From: the human T2T-CHM13v2.0 reference genome, Homo sapiens
Reading direction: 5' to 3' (one strand)
Assembly (NCBI RefSeq): GCF_009914755.1
Contig: NC_060926.1
DNA length: 64,000 bases
Program-made: the position numbers and the translations under genes
Notes under the pieces: generated by a model
What the model was told of the DNA's origin: nothing
Databases searched by the model: none
What the model saw: the letters and a program-made list of their open reading frames with translations, nothing else
Shown: one piece after another, positions 26,951 through 40,550 of the stretch
Layout of the letters: every line of letters starts with the position of its first letter
Numbering within the stretch: the first letter of the stretch is position 1

Positions 26951-27480
26951 TTTCTTATTAATAATTTTTCCAAGATTTAAACTTTTATTTCATTTCCCAA
27001 ATAGTTTTTAAGATAAACATGGTATCAGTCATTCTTGCTTTTTTTTTTTTTTTGGTTCAATGGTCATGCCAAACACCAAAATTAACTTTGTTTTACTTAC
27101 AATTAACTCAATTTATTATTTAATACCTACTTTTTGGCACCAAAATAATCTTGATATATGCAAAAGCAGGATGTAGTTTCTAGAGTCTCAGATTCCCACT
27201 GGGCAACCCTACATATGTAGCCTTTGAATTTCCTGCCCTTGGAGAAGAAACAGCATTTCATGTGATTACGGGAGTTGAGATTTTTGCCAAAATGCCTTCA
27301 AACTTCACACATTTATGAAAACCAGAGGTTAGGATATGGCAGGTTTGGGCCAAGAACAGCTGATCAAAGATGACTGTCCTTCCTTTACACCTCACCTCAC
27401 TTCTCTATGTTGCTAATTCTCTAATGTTGCTCTAGCTCATTGCTCTGATGCAGCACACACACCTTCCATTTCTGTTTCAG

Positions 27481-27601
27481 AATGTTTCAGAGTGCAGAGT
27501 TGTCCTGAAACTTCATCTCTTCAAAATCATGGCCATTTTGTTTTCTAGCCAGGATGTTTCATCTTCTGCATCCATCAAGAAAGGACAGGAGCTACTGGCT
27601 G
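27481..27601 (+). other. Candidate exon (121 nt), unverified
   Basis: ccttccatttctgtttcag| acceptor and CTG|GTAAGG donor. Contains aaaatcATGG at 27529. Confidence 0.3.
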
Positions 27602-30600
27602 GTAAGGTTTATGAACAGCCTTTTCAACAGGACCTAGTTCAAAGTGGAGTTGGTCCTTCCTGTAAGAAATTGTACATCTTTACCAAAAGTGTCAAGCAGG
27701 TGTCCTGGCTCTTGTGATGATTGACTCCTATGATTAAATATTCTACTAAGTTGGGTCTGCAGAGCACAGCCAAATTTTAAGAAAGTATTGGGTTGTGTAA
27801 GACAATAGTTCTCATATTTAATGACTTATCAGACAAAAATGAAAAATAAACTAGCATGCAGAATTCAATAAAGAAAGGTATAACTTATGAGAGGCAATGA
27901 TTATCAGTAGCGGAAGGTGGATGGCAGTTAAATCTAAATAATTCTTGATTATTATGTATTCTATAGATTTCTAAAAATCAGATATAATATGAAAAAATGT
28001 ATCTGAAAACACATTTTATTTTACTGCACAAGTCCTAGAAAGTGAAGGGGGCTATGCACAAGAGGAAATTTCACATTACAGGTGATGACTGGAGAGGTTA
28101 TAGAGACATTAATGCTTAATAATATTATTTATTAATTATTAATATTTATTTTAATCTTAGCTGGGAATCTCACAGGGATTAACCTATACTCTGACTTTTT
28201 AGTATGAATATCTCAAATCCCACTCTTAATGCAATGAGAATCTGTATATGGAATTCATGAGTGTCAAGTGCTTTTCCTAGTTTTCTAGGCACCTCTAACA
28301 CAGAGATTTTCTTACTAATGAATTGTCAACTATATCTGTAGTTCTACGATCTGAATAGGATATCCCTTCTCTAGGAATGCTGACCTATTGAATAGCATCC
28401 TACCCCTTTCATTCGCCAAACAATCACTTCAATATAGTATGCAACAGATTTGAGAAAGAGGATTGGGGAAAAATGACAAAACATATTCTAGCAAGAATTT
28501 AAAATTAATTGTTAGCCATTTGCCCTGTAAGAGAATTTACTGCTTGACTCCTATAATTAGACTCAAACCTGTTATCATGTGTATTATTCTCTCTTTTTTA
28601 TTCACAAATCTTTAATCTCTCTTTCCTTTTCTTGTTCTGCTTCCTCTAATTTTCATAATTGCCAATATTTAGTATGCATAGCAGTTGAACTGTGACACTT
28701 CTATCCTGAAGTGGCCTAGATCAAAATGTTTTATACAGATCTTATGTGCTACAATAAACGGAGTTCAGTCTCTTAAGAAAATATTTTCTGTTGGTTCCAG
28801 AACTAAATTTTATTTTTCCAGTATTAATATCTGTTGATTTTTTAAGGGATAATCCAATATAAAAAGATGTAGGGCCTCAAATCATTATAAGAAAAAACAG
28901 ACTACATATATTTCTGAGAAAATGTAAGCAAAATAGCAAAGAGGCAATTTTAATACCATATATACCTAAGAGCAAAAACATGAAATATAAAAGCAGGGAT
29001 ATTTATACATATAAACATAATTATAAGCCCTGAATCTTTTTATTTAAAAACTACAAATTGTTTATAAATGTAGAGATATTTATTTTCTTAATACATAGTC
29101 AACTTGTGGAGCATTAGGACTTTGTTTACCTCTTCTTTGCTTAATAGCTCTGCATATCTAATGAGGGTTGGTTATAACCTAATGCATCATACAATATGTT
29201 TGATATCTGTGATAGGCAGTTCAGAGGTAAGGTAGAAGTAATGGAAGGAGGAGGATATGAAGAAAAGAAAAGAAAAAAGTAAAAGCTAAAAAAATAATTT
29301 ATACACAAGCATATTTTGTGCATTATATTGGCTAGTTTTAGAAGCACCAAACTAGTTTCATTTAGAAGCAAAGGCATTTGTATGTAAATTAATCCATGCA
29401 GCTGAACATATACTTTATTAACCTTTCCTGCACATTCAGATATGGAACTGTGTCTCTCCTACTTTTGGACAAGAATCTAGACCTTACTGAAAAGGTTTCA
29501 TCCAAGAGTCTTCGTTAATGTAGTCTGTGTGGCTTGACCAACTATATTCTATCCCGTAGGTAGTCCCAAAAAGACCCATAAAAAATGACGGATGATTTTG
29601 AAGTCTTACTGCTCTCCCATCTGCTCCTGGGAGCTGCTCTACTTAAAGTCGTATTTTTATGTCATCAAGTTGACTGCACTAATCTGCCAGATGATTGATT
29701 CACAAACATTTACTTGTCAGAGTCCTTAGCAAAAGATCAAAACAAATCTTACATGTTACACACAATTAAATGTTCTTAGTTCTTCATAACGTTAGGTGGC
29801 ACATGCTCTATCATGAGGGGTTCACTAAAATATGTATGTAAATAAGTACATGCAAATTGCTTTAGAGCATATTTACATAAGTATTCCAAGGCAGATTAAA
29901 TATCTGACCACCTGTCTAACAGTTCTACCCCTCTTTTGTGTCTGTCCAAATGCATGAGAACTGATAAAAATTACTAAGTAAATTTACATATAAACCATTG
30001 TGGCTGACTGGAAAAGTGGATGGGCAAATCTATTAATGTATAAAAATGAAAGAAAACAAAATATTTTTCAATTGTTTAGGGCACACTGCTTTTCAGGAAG
30101 GAATTATTTAAGTTTCATATATTCTTAAAATTTAAACTATTTACTTTTCTGAAATCTTTTTCTTTGCCTTATATTTTCCCCTTGTTACTTATTAATCCTC
30201 TCGGATATTATTTGGTAAAACTTAAAATATTTCTAATTTACTAAAGGAAAATTGGAGAGAAAATAGGTTTAGTGCAGTTGATCTAATCCTAAGTAAAGGT
30301 TCATGGTAAAATTTCCTTTATTTATTTTGTTTTTGTAATGAAATTTCATGGTAAAGTTTTCAACAACTTAGAGCAAAATTAATTTTGGAAAGTGATTGCT
30401 TGATGAATTTGTCCTACAACCAAGTTTATTCTATTAATTGATGTGTCTTTTAACTCTTAAGACTGTGTTATTTTTATATTTTCATTGGAATATATTCTTT
30501 CTCTTATAAAATGATGGTAATAGGGATTAGGTTTTATGTTAATTTTTAAAATGGACTTGGTTGAACAAATAACTTGCTTTATCCTGTATTGGTCCCCTTT

Positions 30601-30949
30601 GTCATTCATACTTACTTTATTTTACCTATATTTCTTATCTAACAACATAAAACCAATTGACTATCTGTCAAATATCATAAAATTTGTTGAGTTGTTTAAA
30701 AAATTCAGTTATTTCTTATTCTAGTCCAGTATATTTTTCCAATGCACAGGACTTCCTTTATATAATACTATAAAGGAAGAATAGACTTCAATTTATAGTT
30801 ACATATTTATTTGATCAATGCAATAAAAATATTCAAAATATTCAAAATGACATGAGTAGAATATATTTCTATGTAGTATATTGTACTATATTATAATATA
30901 TATTTAGTTGCCATATACAGTTGAGATTATGATAGTGATAGAAGTAATT

Positions 30950-32320
30950 CAACAGTGTGTAAATGTTCTCCTTTCTCTGTATCCTCACCAGCATCTGCTA
31001 TTGTTTGTCTTTTTAATAAGTCATTCTAACTGGGGTGAGATTATATCTCATTGTAGTTTTGATTTGTATCTGACTTATGATTAGTGATGTTGAGCAGTTT
31101 TTCACATGTTTGTTGGTCATTTATATGTCTTCTTTTGAGAAATGTCTATTCATGTCCTTTGCCTGCTTTTAATGTCACTATTTACTTATTATTGAATTGT
31201 TTGAGTTCCTTGCATATTCTGAATATTAGTCCTCTGTCAAAGTAGTAATTCACAAGTAATTTCTCCCATTCAAGAGGTTATCTCTTCATTCTGTTGATTG
31301 TTTCTGTTTCTGTGCAGAAGCTTTACAGTTTAATATAGCTCCATTTGTCTATTTTTGTTTTTGTTGCCTGTGCTTTTGACATCTTAACCATATAATCTTT
31401 GTCAAGATTAATGTCTTGAAGAATTTTCTCCACATTTTCCTCTAGTAGTTTTATAGTTTTGAGTATTATGTTTAACTCTTTAATCCCTCTTTAGTTGACT
31501 TTTGTATATGGTGAGAGATAGGGGTCCATTTTCATTCTTCTACATACAGTTACTCAGTTTTCCCAGCACCATTTACTAACGAGGGTACCCTTTTTCCAAA
31601 GTATGTTCTTGGTGGCTTTGTGAAAGATCAGTTAGCTGTAAACACGTAGATTTATTTCTGGGTTCTCCATTCTGTTCCATTAGTCTAGTTGTGTATTTTT
31701 ATACCAATAACATGCTGTTTTGGTTACTATAGCCTTGCAATATGTTTTTAAGTCAGGTAATGTGATGCCTACAGCTTTGTTCTTGTTCTTAGGATTTCTT
31801 TGGCTATTCAGGCTCTTTTTTCTTTCAGAAAAATTTTAGAATTATTTTTTCTAATTCTGTGAGAAAATGGCATTGCTATTTTGTTAGGTATTGCATTGAA
31901 TCTGTAGATTTTTTTGGGCAGTATGGTCATTTTCACAATATTGATTCTTCCAATCCATGAGCATGGGATGTCTTTCCATTTGTTTGTGTCCTCTTTAATT
32001 TCTCTCATTAGTGTATAGCACTTTTCCCTCTAGATATCTTTCACTTCCTTGGTTAAATTTATTCCTAGGTAATTTTTTGTAGCTATTGTAAATGGAGCTT
32101 CTTTCCTGATTTCTTTCTCAGCCATTTCATTATTGATGTATAGAAAAGCTACTGGATTTTGTATGTTGATTTTGTATCTTGCAACTTCACTGAATGTTTT
32201 TATCAGTTCCAAGAGTTTTTTGATGGATTTTTTTTTTTTTTCTGGACATGAGATCAAGTCAGTTTGCAGAAAAAAACAATCTGACTTCCTCTTTTCCAAT
32301 TTGGGTGCCTTTTATTTCTT
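30950..32320 (-). mobile_element. L1MA ORF2 3' half
   Basis: ORF track gives [25 protein letters not shown] and [21 protein letters not shown], which are L1 ORF2 sequence. Confidence 0.92.
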
Positions 32321-33522
32321 TGGGTCCTCAGCAGTGTGTGCTGGTGTTGGCAGTGGCTGTGATGTGGGATCACTACCCACGGCCCCAGAGAACCCTAGGC
32401 AGCATTTAGACTTACCAGCCCTTAGTGGCAGTAGTGCAACAGCACCATGCAAGGGAGGGAGGGATCTTGCCCTTCACACTTGAGCCTGAGGTTGGAGATC
32501 ATGCTGACAGAGGAGACAAGGTTGCTACTGACAGCCCCAGACTGGCAGCCTTCTGCTCACCTGCCCCAGCCCCTGGTGGCAGCAGCAGTGGCTACAGCTG
32601 CAGCACTGTGCAGATGGGGGAAAGGTGTCTTGTGCTCTATGATCTTTATGTGAGCCTGAGCACAGAGGTTGCTCCACTGGTGGGGATGGGGTCACTCTAC
32701 CCAACCTGACAGTCTGTTGTCAGGCTCACCAGTGGCAGCAACTGCTGAAGCAGTATTTGTAGGAGGTCTCACTTTCTTCTCAGGAGACCAAACACAGAAT
32801 TTGTGCCACTACTAGGGGCATGGTTGCTTCTTACAGCTCTGGAAAAAATGCAACCTTTGGGTTCCTTTGTCCCTGGGCTACCTTTTGGGTGTGCTGCACC
32901 ATCCTTTCCTCAGGAAGTAGACTTCAGTATTGGGGACCCACAGTACTTTGGCTCTAATTAGTGCTGTGCTGCTGTAGCTCTCTAGATAGACACAAGGGTA
33001 TGTGGGGAGTGGGGGGGGGGTTCCTGGGATGTGGAGATATGGGGGCTGTGGTTCCCAAGGCAGGATGCAGTTTCATAACGGCAGTGCTCTTAAAATGATG
33101 TCCTGCTGCAATGCTTAGGTCTTAAGGGTGTGAGCGACCCAGCCAATGTCCCTGTCTGGTGTGATGCCCTCATAGAGTCTCTAGATCTCTGCTCACACTT
33201 CTGTCAGCATTCACGTGGGCAGAGGAGCTCTCCTGTATTTCAGATTTCAGCAGTCCATGGTGGGATGTGGGCCAATGAAGTTCTTTCACTTACTCTATCC
33301 CCACAGTGCCAAACCTGGAGGTGGGTTCCTGGCCCACCTCCGCTAAGCTGGTATCTTGCTCCCTTCTCCTCTGTGTCTCAGGTGTTTCCTGTGATTTCTC
33401 TGTTAGACTAGTATTCTTTCTTAGATATTTTATTTGGAGTGTTATTATCTATTCATAATTTTGGTTCTTTTCTGGAGAGGGAGAGTGCCCAATGTCTCTA
33501 GTCAGCCATTTTGAACCAGAAT
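32321..33522 (-). mobile_element. L1MA 5'UTR fused directly to ORF2
   Basis: GC-richer segment ending tctagtcagccattttgaacc, the reverse complement of an L1 5' terminus (ggttcaaaatggctgactaga). Confidence 0.75.
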
Positions 33523-34159
33523 TCCATCTTTGATTCTCGATATCTAAATATATTAGTAAGCCATGGGAAAAAAAAAACCTAAAACACAAATCAAAATAAA
33601 CAAACAGAAAACAAAGTTAATTGACAAGAAGCTAAAAGCAAACAAAAAGCAACAGAAGAAAAAATAATCTATTGGAAAAAATCAGTTGGAGACTTTAAAA
33701 GAGCAATGGTTAATATATTAAAGAAAGTTTAAAAAGAGAATGGAAAACTTCAAAAAAATTAAAATTTAAATAGAGAATAGAGTAAAAAGTCAAACTGAAA
33801 ACACAAGTGAAATGAAGGAATTTTTTAATACAACACACAGGTTTAATAATATATTAGAAAAAGAATAGAAAATAAATTCATTAGTCATGGCATGTTGAAT
33901 ACTTTCCTCTTAATTTTGCAACTAAAGCATGGTTTTTACTGTCATCATTTCATTCCCACATTTTAATGAAGATCTACCTATTATAATAAGGCCAGAAAAA
34001 TAAAATAAAGCATAATGGCTTAAAAAAGAAAAGGAGTAAAACCTTCTTTACTTCCAGATGACATGAGGGTTTAGTTAGAAAACCTTGAGGCATCTACAAA
34101 AAACCTATTTGAACTAATAATTAAACTGAGCAAAACCACACTATAAAAAGACAATACTT

Positions 34160-34494
<335 letters not shown>

Positions 34495-35164
34495 AAAAGA
34501 TAATACTTAAAAATGAATTGTAATTCTGCCTACTGACAAATAATACCACTTTCAAGTATCAATAATATTGATAGTATTAATGAGAAATTTAACAAAGATA
34601 TATAAAATGCATAAATACATACAATCAGAAGGTAAAATATTTTCTGAAATAAGTAAAAATGGCTTAAATAATTGGAGAGATATGTCATGTCCATGGTGTT
34701 GAAACCTCAGTAGTGTTAAGATTCAATTATCTTCATTATGTAGATACAACAAAATCCCAATCATAAGCCCCAGTTAGCATTTTTTATTAGAAATATAAAT
34801 GTAGATGTACAAGACATAGAGTATCCAAAGCAATCCTAAAAAACAAAGTACAAATTTGAAGCACTTTCACTATCTGACTTCAAGTTGAACTATAAAAAGC
34901 TTCAGGATTCAAGACAGTGGGTTACTGCCATAAAGATCAATCAATTAGCAGAACAGAATATACATCCAAGAAATAAAATCAAAGCAAAAAGCACAAAACA
35001 ATTCAATGGATGATGAAAGTCTTTTCGTAAAATATTTTATAACAACTGGATAGTTATATGGAGAAAACACAGAGCATATATAGTAACTGGACTGTGGGGC
35101 CATATGGATAGATAAAATATAGAAAAAACAAAAGTAACATTGAGCAAATGGAGAGCCACATGGC

Positions 35165-35566
35165 ATATATATACACATATGTATATATGCACGTACATAT
35201 ATATGTATATATACACATACATATATGTATATACACACATACATATATGTATATATGCACACACATATATATGTATATATACACATACATATATGTATAT
35301 ATACATATATATGTATATACGCACATACATATATGTATATATACACGTACATATATGTCTCTATATATACACATACACATATGTATATACATATATGTGT
35401 ATATATACACAATCATATATGTATATACATATATACACATATACACAAACATATATGTATATACATATATGTATATACATACACAAACATATGTGTATAT
35501 ACATATATACACAAATATATATATGTATGTGTATATATATATATACATACACACACACACATATAC
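35165..35566. repeat. (TA/CA/TG) alternating purine-pyrimidine low-complexity tract
   Basis: About 400 bp of catatatgtatatacac-type units. Confidence 0.95.
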
Positions 35567-36351
35567 CTTGACCCTCTATTGGAGATTGATCTTAGCTTAA
35601 AATCCAAACTAAAGAGCTTTCCAAAAGAAAATAAGGACTATATTTTTATGACCTGAGATTAGTTAAAGTTATTTAGGCAGTACACAGAAAGCAACAGCCA
35701 TCAATAAATTTTACCTGATTAAAATTCTGCTTATATAAAACTTTGTCAAAAATAAATAGGCACAGAATAATGAGGGAGAAAATATTCACAAACATATCTG
35801 AAAAACACTAGTACATTGGTAATAAAGAAAAATTACACCTCAACATTAAAAAGACCAAAAAAACATATTTTGAGTGGGGTAATGATTTAAACAGGCACTT
35901 AACAGGAAAAAACATGAATGACCAATACACACATTAGAGAGTACTTAAAGACATTTGCCACTAGGTAATTGCAAATTAAATCTAGAGTGAAATATCACTC
36001 TATAGCCACCAGGAAACTTCACGTTGAGGAGTGGAGCAACCAGAACACTTTTGATGTGTGTAAAGTACCACAAGCACTAAGGAAAGACAGTCTTTCAGTT
36101 TCTTATAAAGCTAAACACGTACCTATTCTATAACATAGCAGTGTCACACCGAGATCAATAAAAACGCTGCCAATAAAATGGAAATAGTAGCTCAATTAGT
36201 GATATCTTAAACCTGGAAAAAGTGTCCATGACCCAAGGAATATATACAAACTGTAAGATAAATTCATGCTGTGGAATATTTCTTAGTAACATAATGGAGT
36301 GAATTTCTGATCTGCAATATGAAGTGGATTAATTTCAAGATGCTTATCCTG

Positions 36352-36666
36352 GGCAAAGTACAGTGGCTCATGCCTATAATCCCAGCATTTGGGTGGTCAA
36401 GGCGGGAGGCTTCCTTGAGCTCAGGAGTTTGAGACAAGCCTGGGCAACATAGCAAGACCTCATCTCTCCTAAAAATAATAATAATAATAAAAAAATTAGC
36501 TGGACTTTGTGGCACATGCCTGCAGTCCTATGTACTCAAGAGGCTGAGGTGGGAGGAGGGCTTGAGCCTAGGAGATTGAGGCTATAGTGAGCCATGATTG
36601 TGCTACTGCACTCCAGCCTGGGAGACAAAGTTGGGCCCTGACTCAAAAACAAAAACAAAACAAAAA
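36352..36666 (+). mobile_element. AluJ
   Basis: TSD aagatgcttatcctg on both sides. Confidence 0.93.
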
Positions 36667-37798
36667 AAGATGCTTATCCTGAGTAAAACAAATAAGATAC
36701 AAAGAGTACATAATTATGATTCAATTAGTATGAATATTTAGGAGAAGTTACATTAATCTCTGGTGGGAAAATAATGAGGACATTGTTTATAGTATGAGAA
36801 AAAGTATTTGAATGAGAATAAGCATAAGGAAATGTTCTGGGATGATAATAAAGTTCTTTATTTGGATGAGTTTCCTTTACACAAGTGTACGTACTATCAA
36901 ATTCATCAAGTGGTGCAATAAAGATTTATAAATTTTCCCATAAGCAAATTTTCCTACAAAAGAAATTTTGTAAGAAAACATTATATTAAAAAATGTGCAT
37001 AGTAATATTTTAGGAAGAAATGTATGAAGTCAGAAAGTTACTCTGAAATGCATTTTTATTTAAAAAAAGAAACATGATTGATGGATATATAGAGGTATAG
37101 ATAAATAGACAGATATGTGATAAAGTATATGTAGTAAAAATATAATTATAGAATAGAAATAATACAGTGTATGCTCTTACACACCAATGGAATTAAACTA
37201 GAAAAATTGCAAACTACATAGAGACTAAACAACATGCTTCTAAGTAATGCATGGACCAAAGATGAAATCTCAAGAGAATTTTTTTTTTTAGTTCTTTAGA
37301 GTAAGTTAAAACGGAAATATGACATTAAATTTGTGGAATGCAGTGAAAGCAGTGCTTACTGAAAAATATTTAGCATTGAAAGTAAAAAAGTCTAATTTCA
37401 ATAATCTTATTGTCTCCCTTTAAAACCAGGAAAAGAAAAGCAAATTACATTCAAAATAAGCAGGATAAAATAATAATAATAATTAGAACATAAATCAATG
37501 ACATCAAAAACAGAAAATTAGTAGGAAAAATCAAAAGAACCAAAAGCTGGTTTTTTGAAAAGACAAATAAAATAGATAAGCCTCTATCCAAGCTAACTCA
37601 GAGAGAAGAGACAATTACTAATAACAGAAATGAAAGAGGGAACATCATTACAGATCCCATGGATATCAAAAGGAAAATAGAGAAATAGTATGAACAACTT
37701 AATGCCTACACGTTCAATAACCTTGATGAAATTGACCCATTTCTTAAAAGACACAATCTGCTAATACAAAGTAAGAAATAGAGAATGTGAATAGGGCT

Positions 37799-38164
37799 TG
37801 ATATGGTTTGGCTCTGTGCTCCCACCCAAATCTCATTTTGAATTGTAATCCCCACATGTTGAGGGAGAGACCTGGTGGGAGGTGACGATTGAATCATAGG
37901 GGTAGTTTCTCTCATGCTATTCTCATTATAGTGAGCTCTCAAAAAATCTGATGGTTTTATAAGTGTTTGACAGTTTATCCTTCACAAGCACTCACTCTGC
38001 TGTCTCCTGGTAAAGAAGGTGAGTGCTTCTCCTTCTGCCATGATTGTAACTTTCCTGAGGCCTCCTTGGCCATGCAGAACAGTGAGTCAATTAAGCCTTT
38101 TTTGTTTATAAATTACCCAGTCTCGAGTAGTATCTTTATAGCGATGTGAAAACAGACTAACACA
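37799..38164 (+). mobile_element. MSTA-like MaLR solo LTR
   Basis: tgatatggtttggctctgtg...aacagactaacaca with TG...CA ends and a 5-bp TSD gggct. Confidence 0.92.
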
Positions 38165-38503
38165 GGGCTATATCTATTAGAGTAATTAAATCAATATTTA
38201 TTAACCTGCTAAACCAGAAAGCACCAGAACAGATGGGTCACTGGTGAATCCTACAAAACATTTAATGAAGAAATTATAAAAATCCTCTATAATCTCTTTT
38301 ATAGTATAGAAGCAGAGGGATTATTTCTAACTGATTCTATGAGGCCAGCATTGCCCCAATAACAAAACTGGACAAAGACCTTAAAAGAAAAGAAAAACAA
38401 AAAAAAACTACATACCAGTGTCTTTCAGTATCTGTTAAGATGCAAAATTCGTAACAAGATATTAGCAAATTGAATTCAACAATTTAGAAAAAGAATTATA
38501 CAC

Positions 38504-39256
38504 TGTTGCAGGAATCAGGAGACCAGAGAGACCGATAGGTAGGACAGGAGGACTTCACTGAGTGCACTCAGATCCAGCAGATTAACATCCAAACACTGGG
38601 CCCAGAACAAAGACGGCACTTGACTTTTATACACACTTCTCAAGGGGGTAGGCTAGCTTGAAAGAAGCTTACAGTGGCGCAAAGCATAGCAGCATGACAG
38701 TAAGGATACAGAGGCAGAGTCAAATTGTAAAAGGTGCATAACTCAGGATTACATGTGACTCTTGCTATGTGGCCCAGATGGCTGCTATCTAGGCTTGCTC
38801 TACTGCCTTGCAAGGGCTTATCTTATAACCTTTGCCATGGCACCTATATGGCTGCAATCCAGGCCTGCTTAGGCATGTCTTGTAACCTTCACTGTACTAC
38901 TCAGATAAAAACAGAATACTTGGAGTTACTAATTACAGAAAACAGGAATCTATAACCTTATAAAACTTGCAAAGCAAGGGACAATCACACAGAGGGGGAT
39001 GGGATTCGAATGGGAACTTACTAAAGGAGTGAGGAAGTTTTATTTTTTTTCTTATCCTTATGTTGTGGGAGTGCTGGGAGAGTCTCCAGAGCACATTCGT
39101 TTGAGCCTTAGCTTCTTAGATAATGTTATCAAGACGTCACCTGGGTCCAGGCTTTGCCTGTTACTGCCTTTGGTATGAGTCAGCCTAATATAGAAAACTT
39201 GTTTTCCTTTTTTAAAAAAAATGTATTTTTCTTTCTTTCTTTAATTTCCTGCCTCA
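38504..39256 (-). mobile_element. ERV1-class solo LTR (family uncertain, possibly MER87-like)
   Basis: TG...CA ends and a 4-bp TSD acac (38500-38503 / 39257-39260), splitting the L1 motif aattatacac|catgacc. Length 753 bp. Confidence 0.8.
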
Positions 39257-40412
39257 ACACCATTACCAAATGAGACTTATTCCAGGCATTTAAGGCTAGT
39301 TCAACATTGAAAATTTGATTAATGTAATCCGTCACATCAACAGAGTGAAAAAGAAATGTCACATGATCATATCAACAGAACCAGAAAAAGCACTTAACAA
39401 AATTCAAAACCAACTTCTGATAAAAACAATTAGCAAATTAGAAATAGAGGGTGAATTCCTCAAGTTGATAAGCACATCTACAAAAAAAACCCACAGTTAA
39501 CATTATAATTAATGGTGAGAAACTAAAATATTTCTCCCTAAACTCAGAAACATGACAAGGATGTTCTCTCACCACTTATTCTCAACATATACTTAAAGTC
39601 TTAGCTAACAATTAGATAAGAAAGGAAATTAAATGAATACTGATTGAAAAAGAAGAAATAATGCTGTCTTTGTTTGCAGATGATATGATTATCTATGTAG
39701 AAAATCTAAAAGGATTGACAAAAAAATTGTGAAACTATGAAGCAATTATAGTAAGTTGCAGAATACAAGGTTAATGTATTAAAAAAAAGCCAATCTCTTT
39801 TCTCTATACCAGTAATAAACAAGTAGAATTTGAAATTAAAAACAAAATATCATTTACATTGGCACCCTAAGAAATAAAATAGTTATAAATCTAACAAAAG
39901 ATGTACAAGATCTATATAAAGAACACTATGAAATTCTGATGAAAGAAATCAAAGAAGAAATGCATAGTGAGATATTTCAAGTTCATGAATAAAGATTCAA
40001 TATAACCAAGATGTTAGTTCATCCCATTTTAATCTATAAATTTAACTAAATTCCAACCAAAGTTTTAGCAAATTATTTTGTGGATATTGGCAAACTAATT
40101 GTGAGGTTTATATGGAAAGGGAAAAGACCCAAATTAGCCAATATAATATTGAACGAGAAGGAAAAGTTAAAGGACTGACATTACCTGTCTTCAAGACTTA
40201 ATATAGGACTGTAGTAGTGAAGACAGTGTGGTACTGGTGAAATAATAGACATATATATTAATAGAATGTAATAGTGAGCCCAGAAATAGACTAACGTTAA
40301 TTTAGTTAACCAATCTTTGACAAGGAACAAAGGCAATGCAATGGATAAAAGGTGTTCTTCTTTACAAATGATCCTGGGACAAATCAACAACCATATGCAA
40401 AAGAAAATAAAA

Positions 40413-40550
40413 CAGAAGGGAAGAGAAGGGGAGAGGAGGGAAGGGGAGGGGAGGGGGAAGAGAAGAAAAGAAGGAAGGAAGGAGAGAGAAAGAAAGGAGA
40501 GGAAGGAAGGAAGGAAGGAAAAAAAAAGAGGGAGAGAGAGGAAAAAAAAA
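40413..40550. repeat. Polypurine (GGAA/GGAGA)n simple repeat
   Basis: Direct reading: an essentially pure G/A tract. Confidence 0.95.

Noticed and set aside
34945-35656. Eight overlapping ORFs of up to 168 aa rich in Y/I/C/V/H/T
   Set aside because: An artefact of the alternating purine-pyrimidine repeat, which lacks stop codons.
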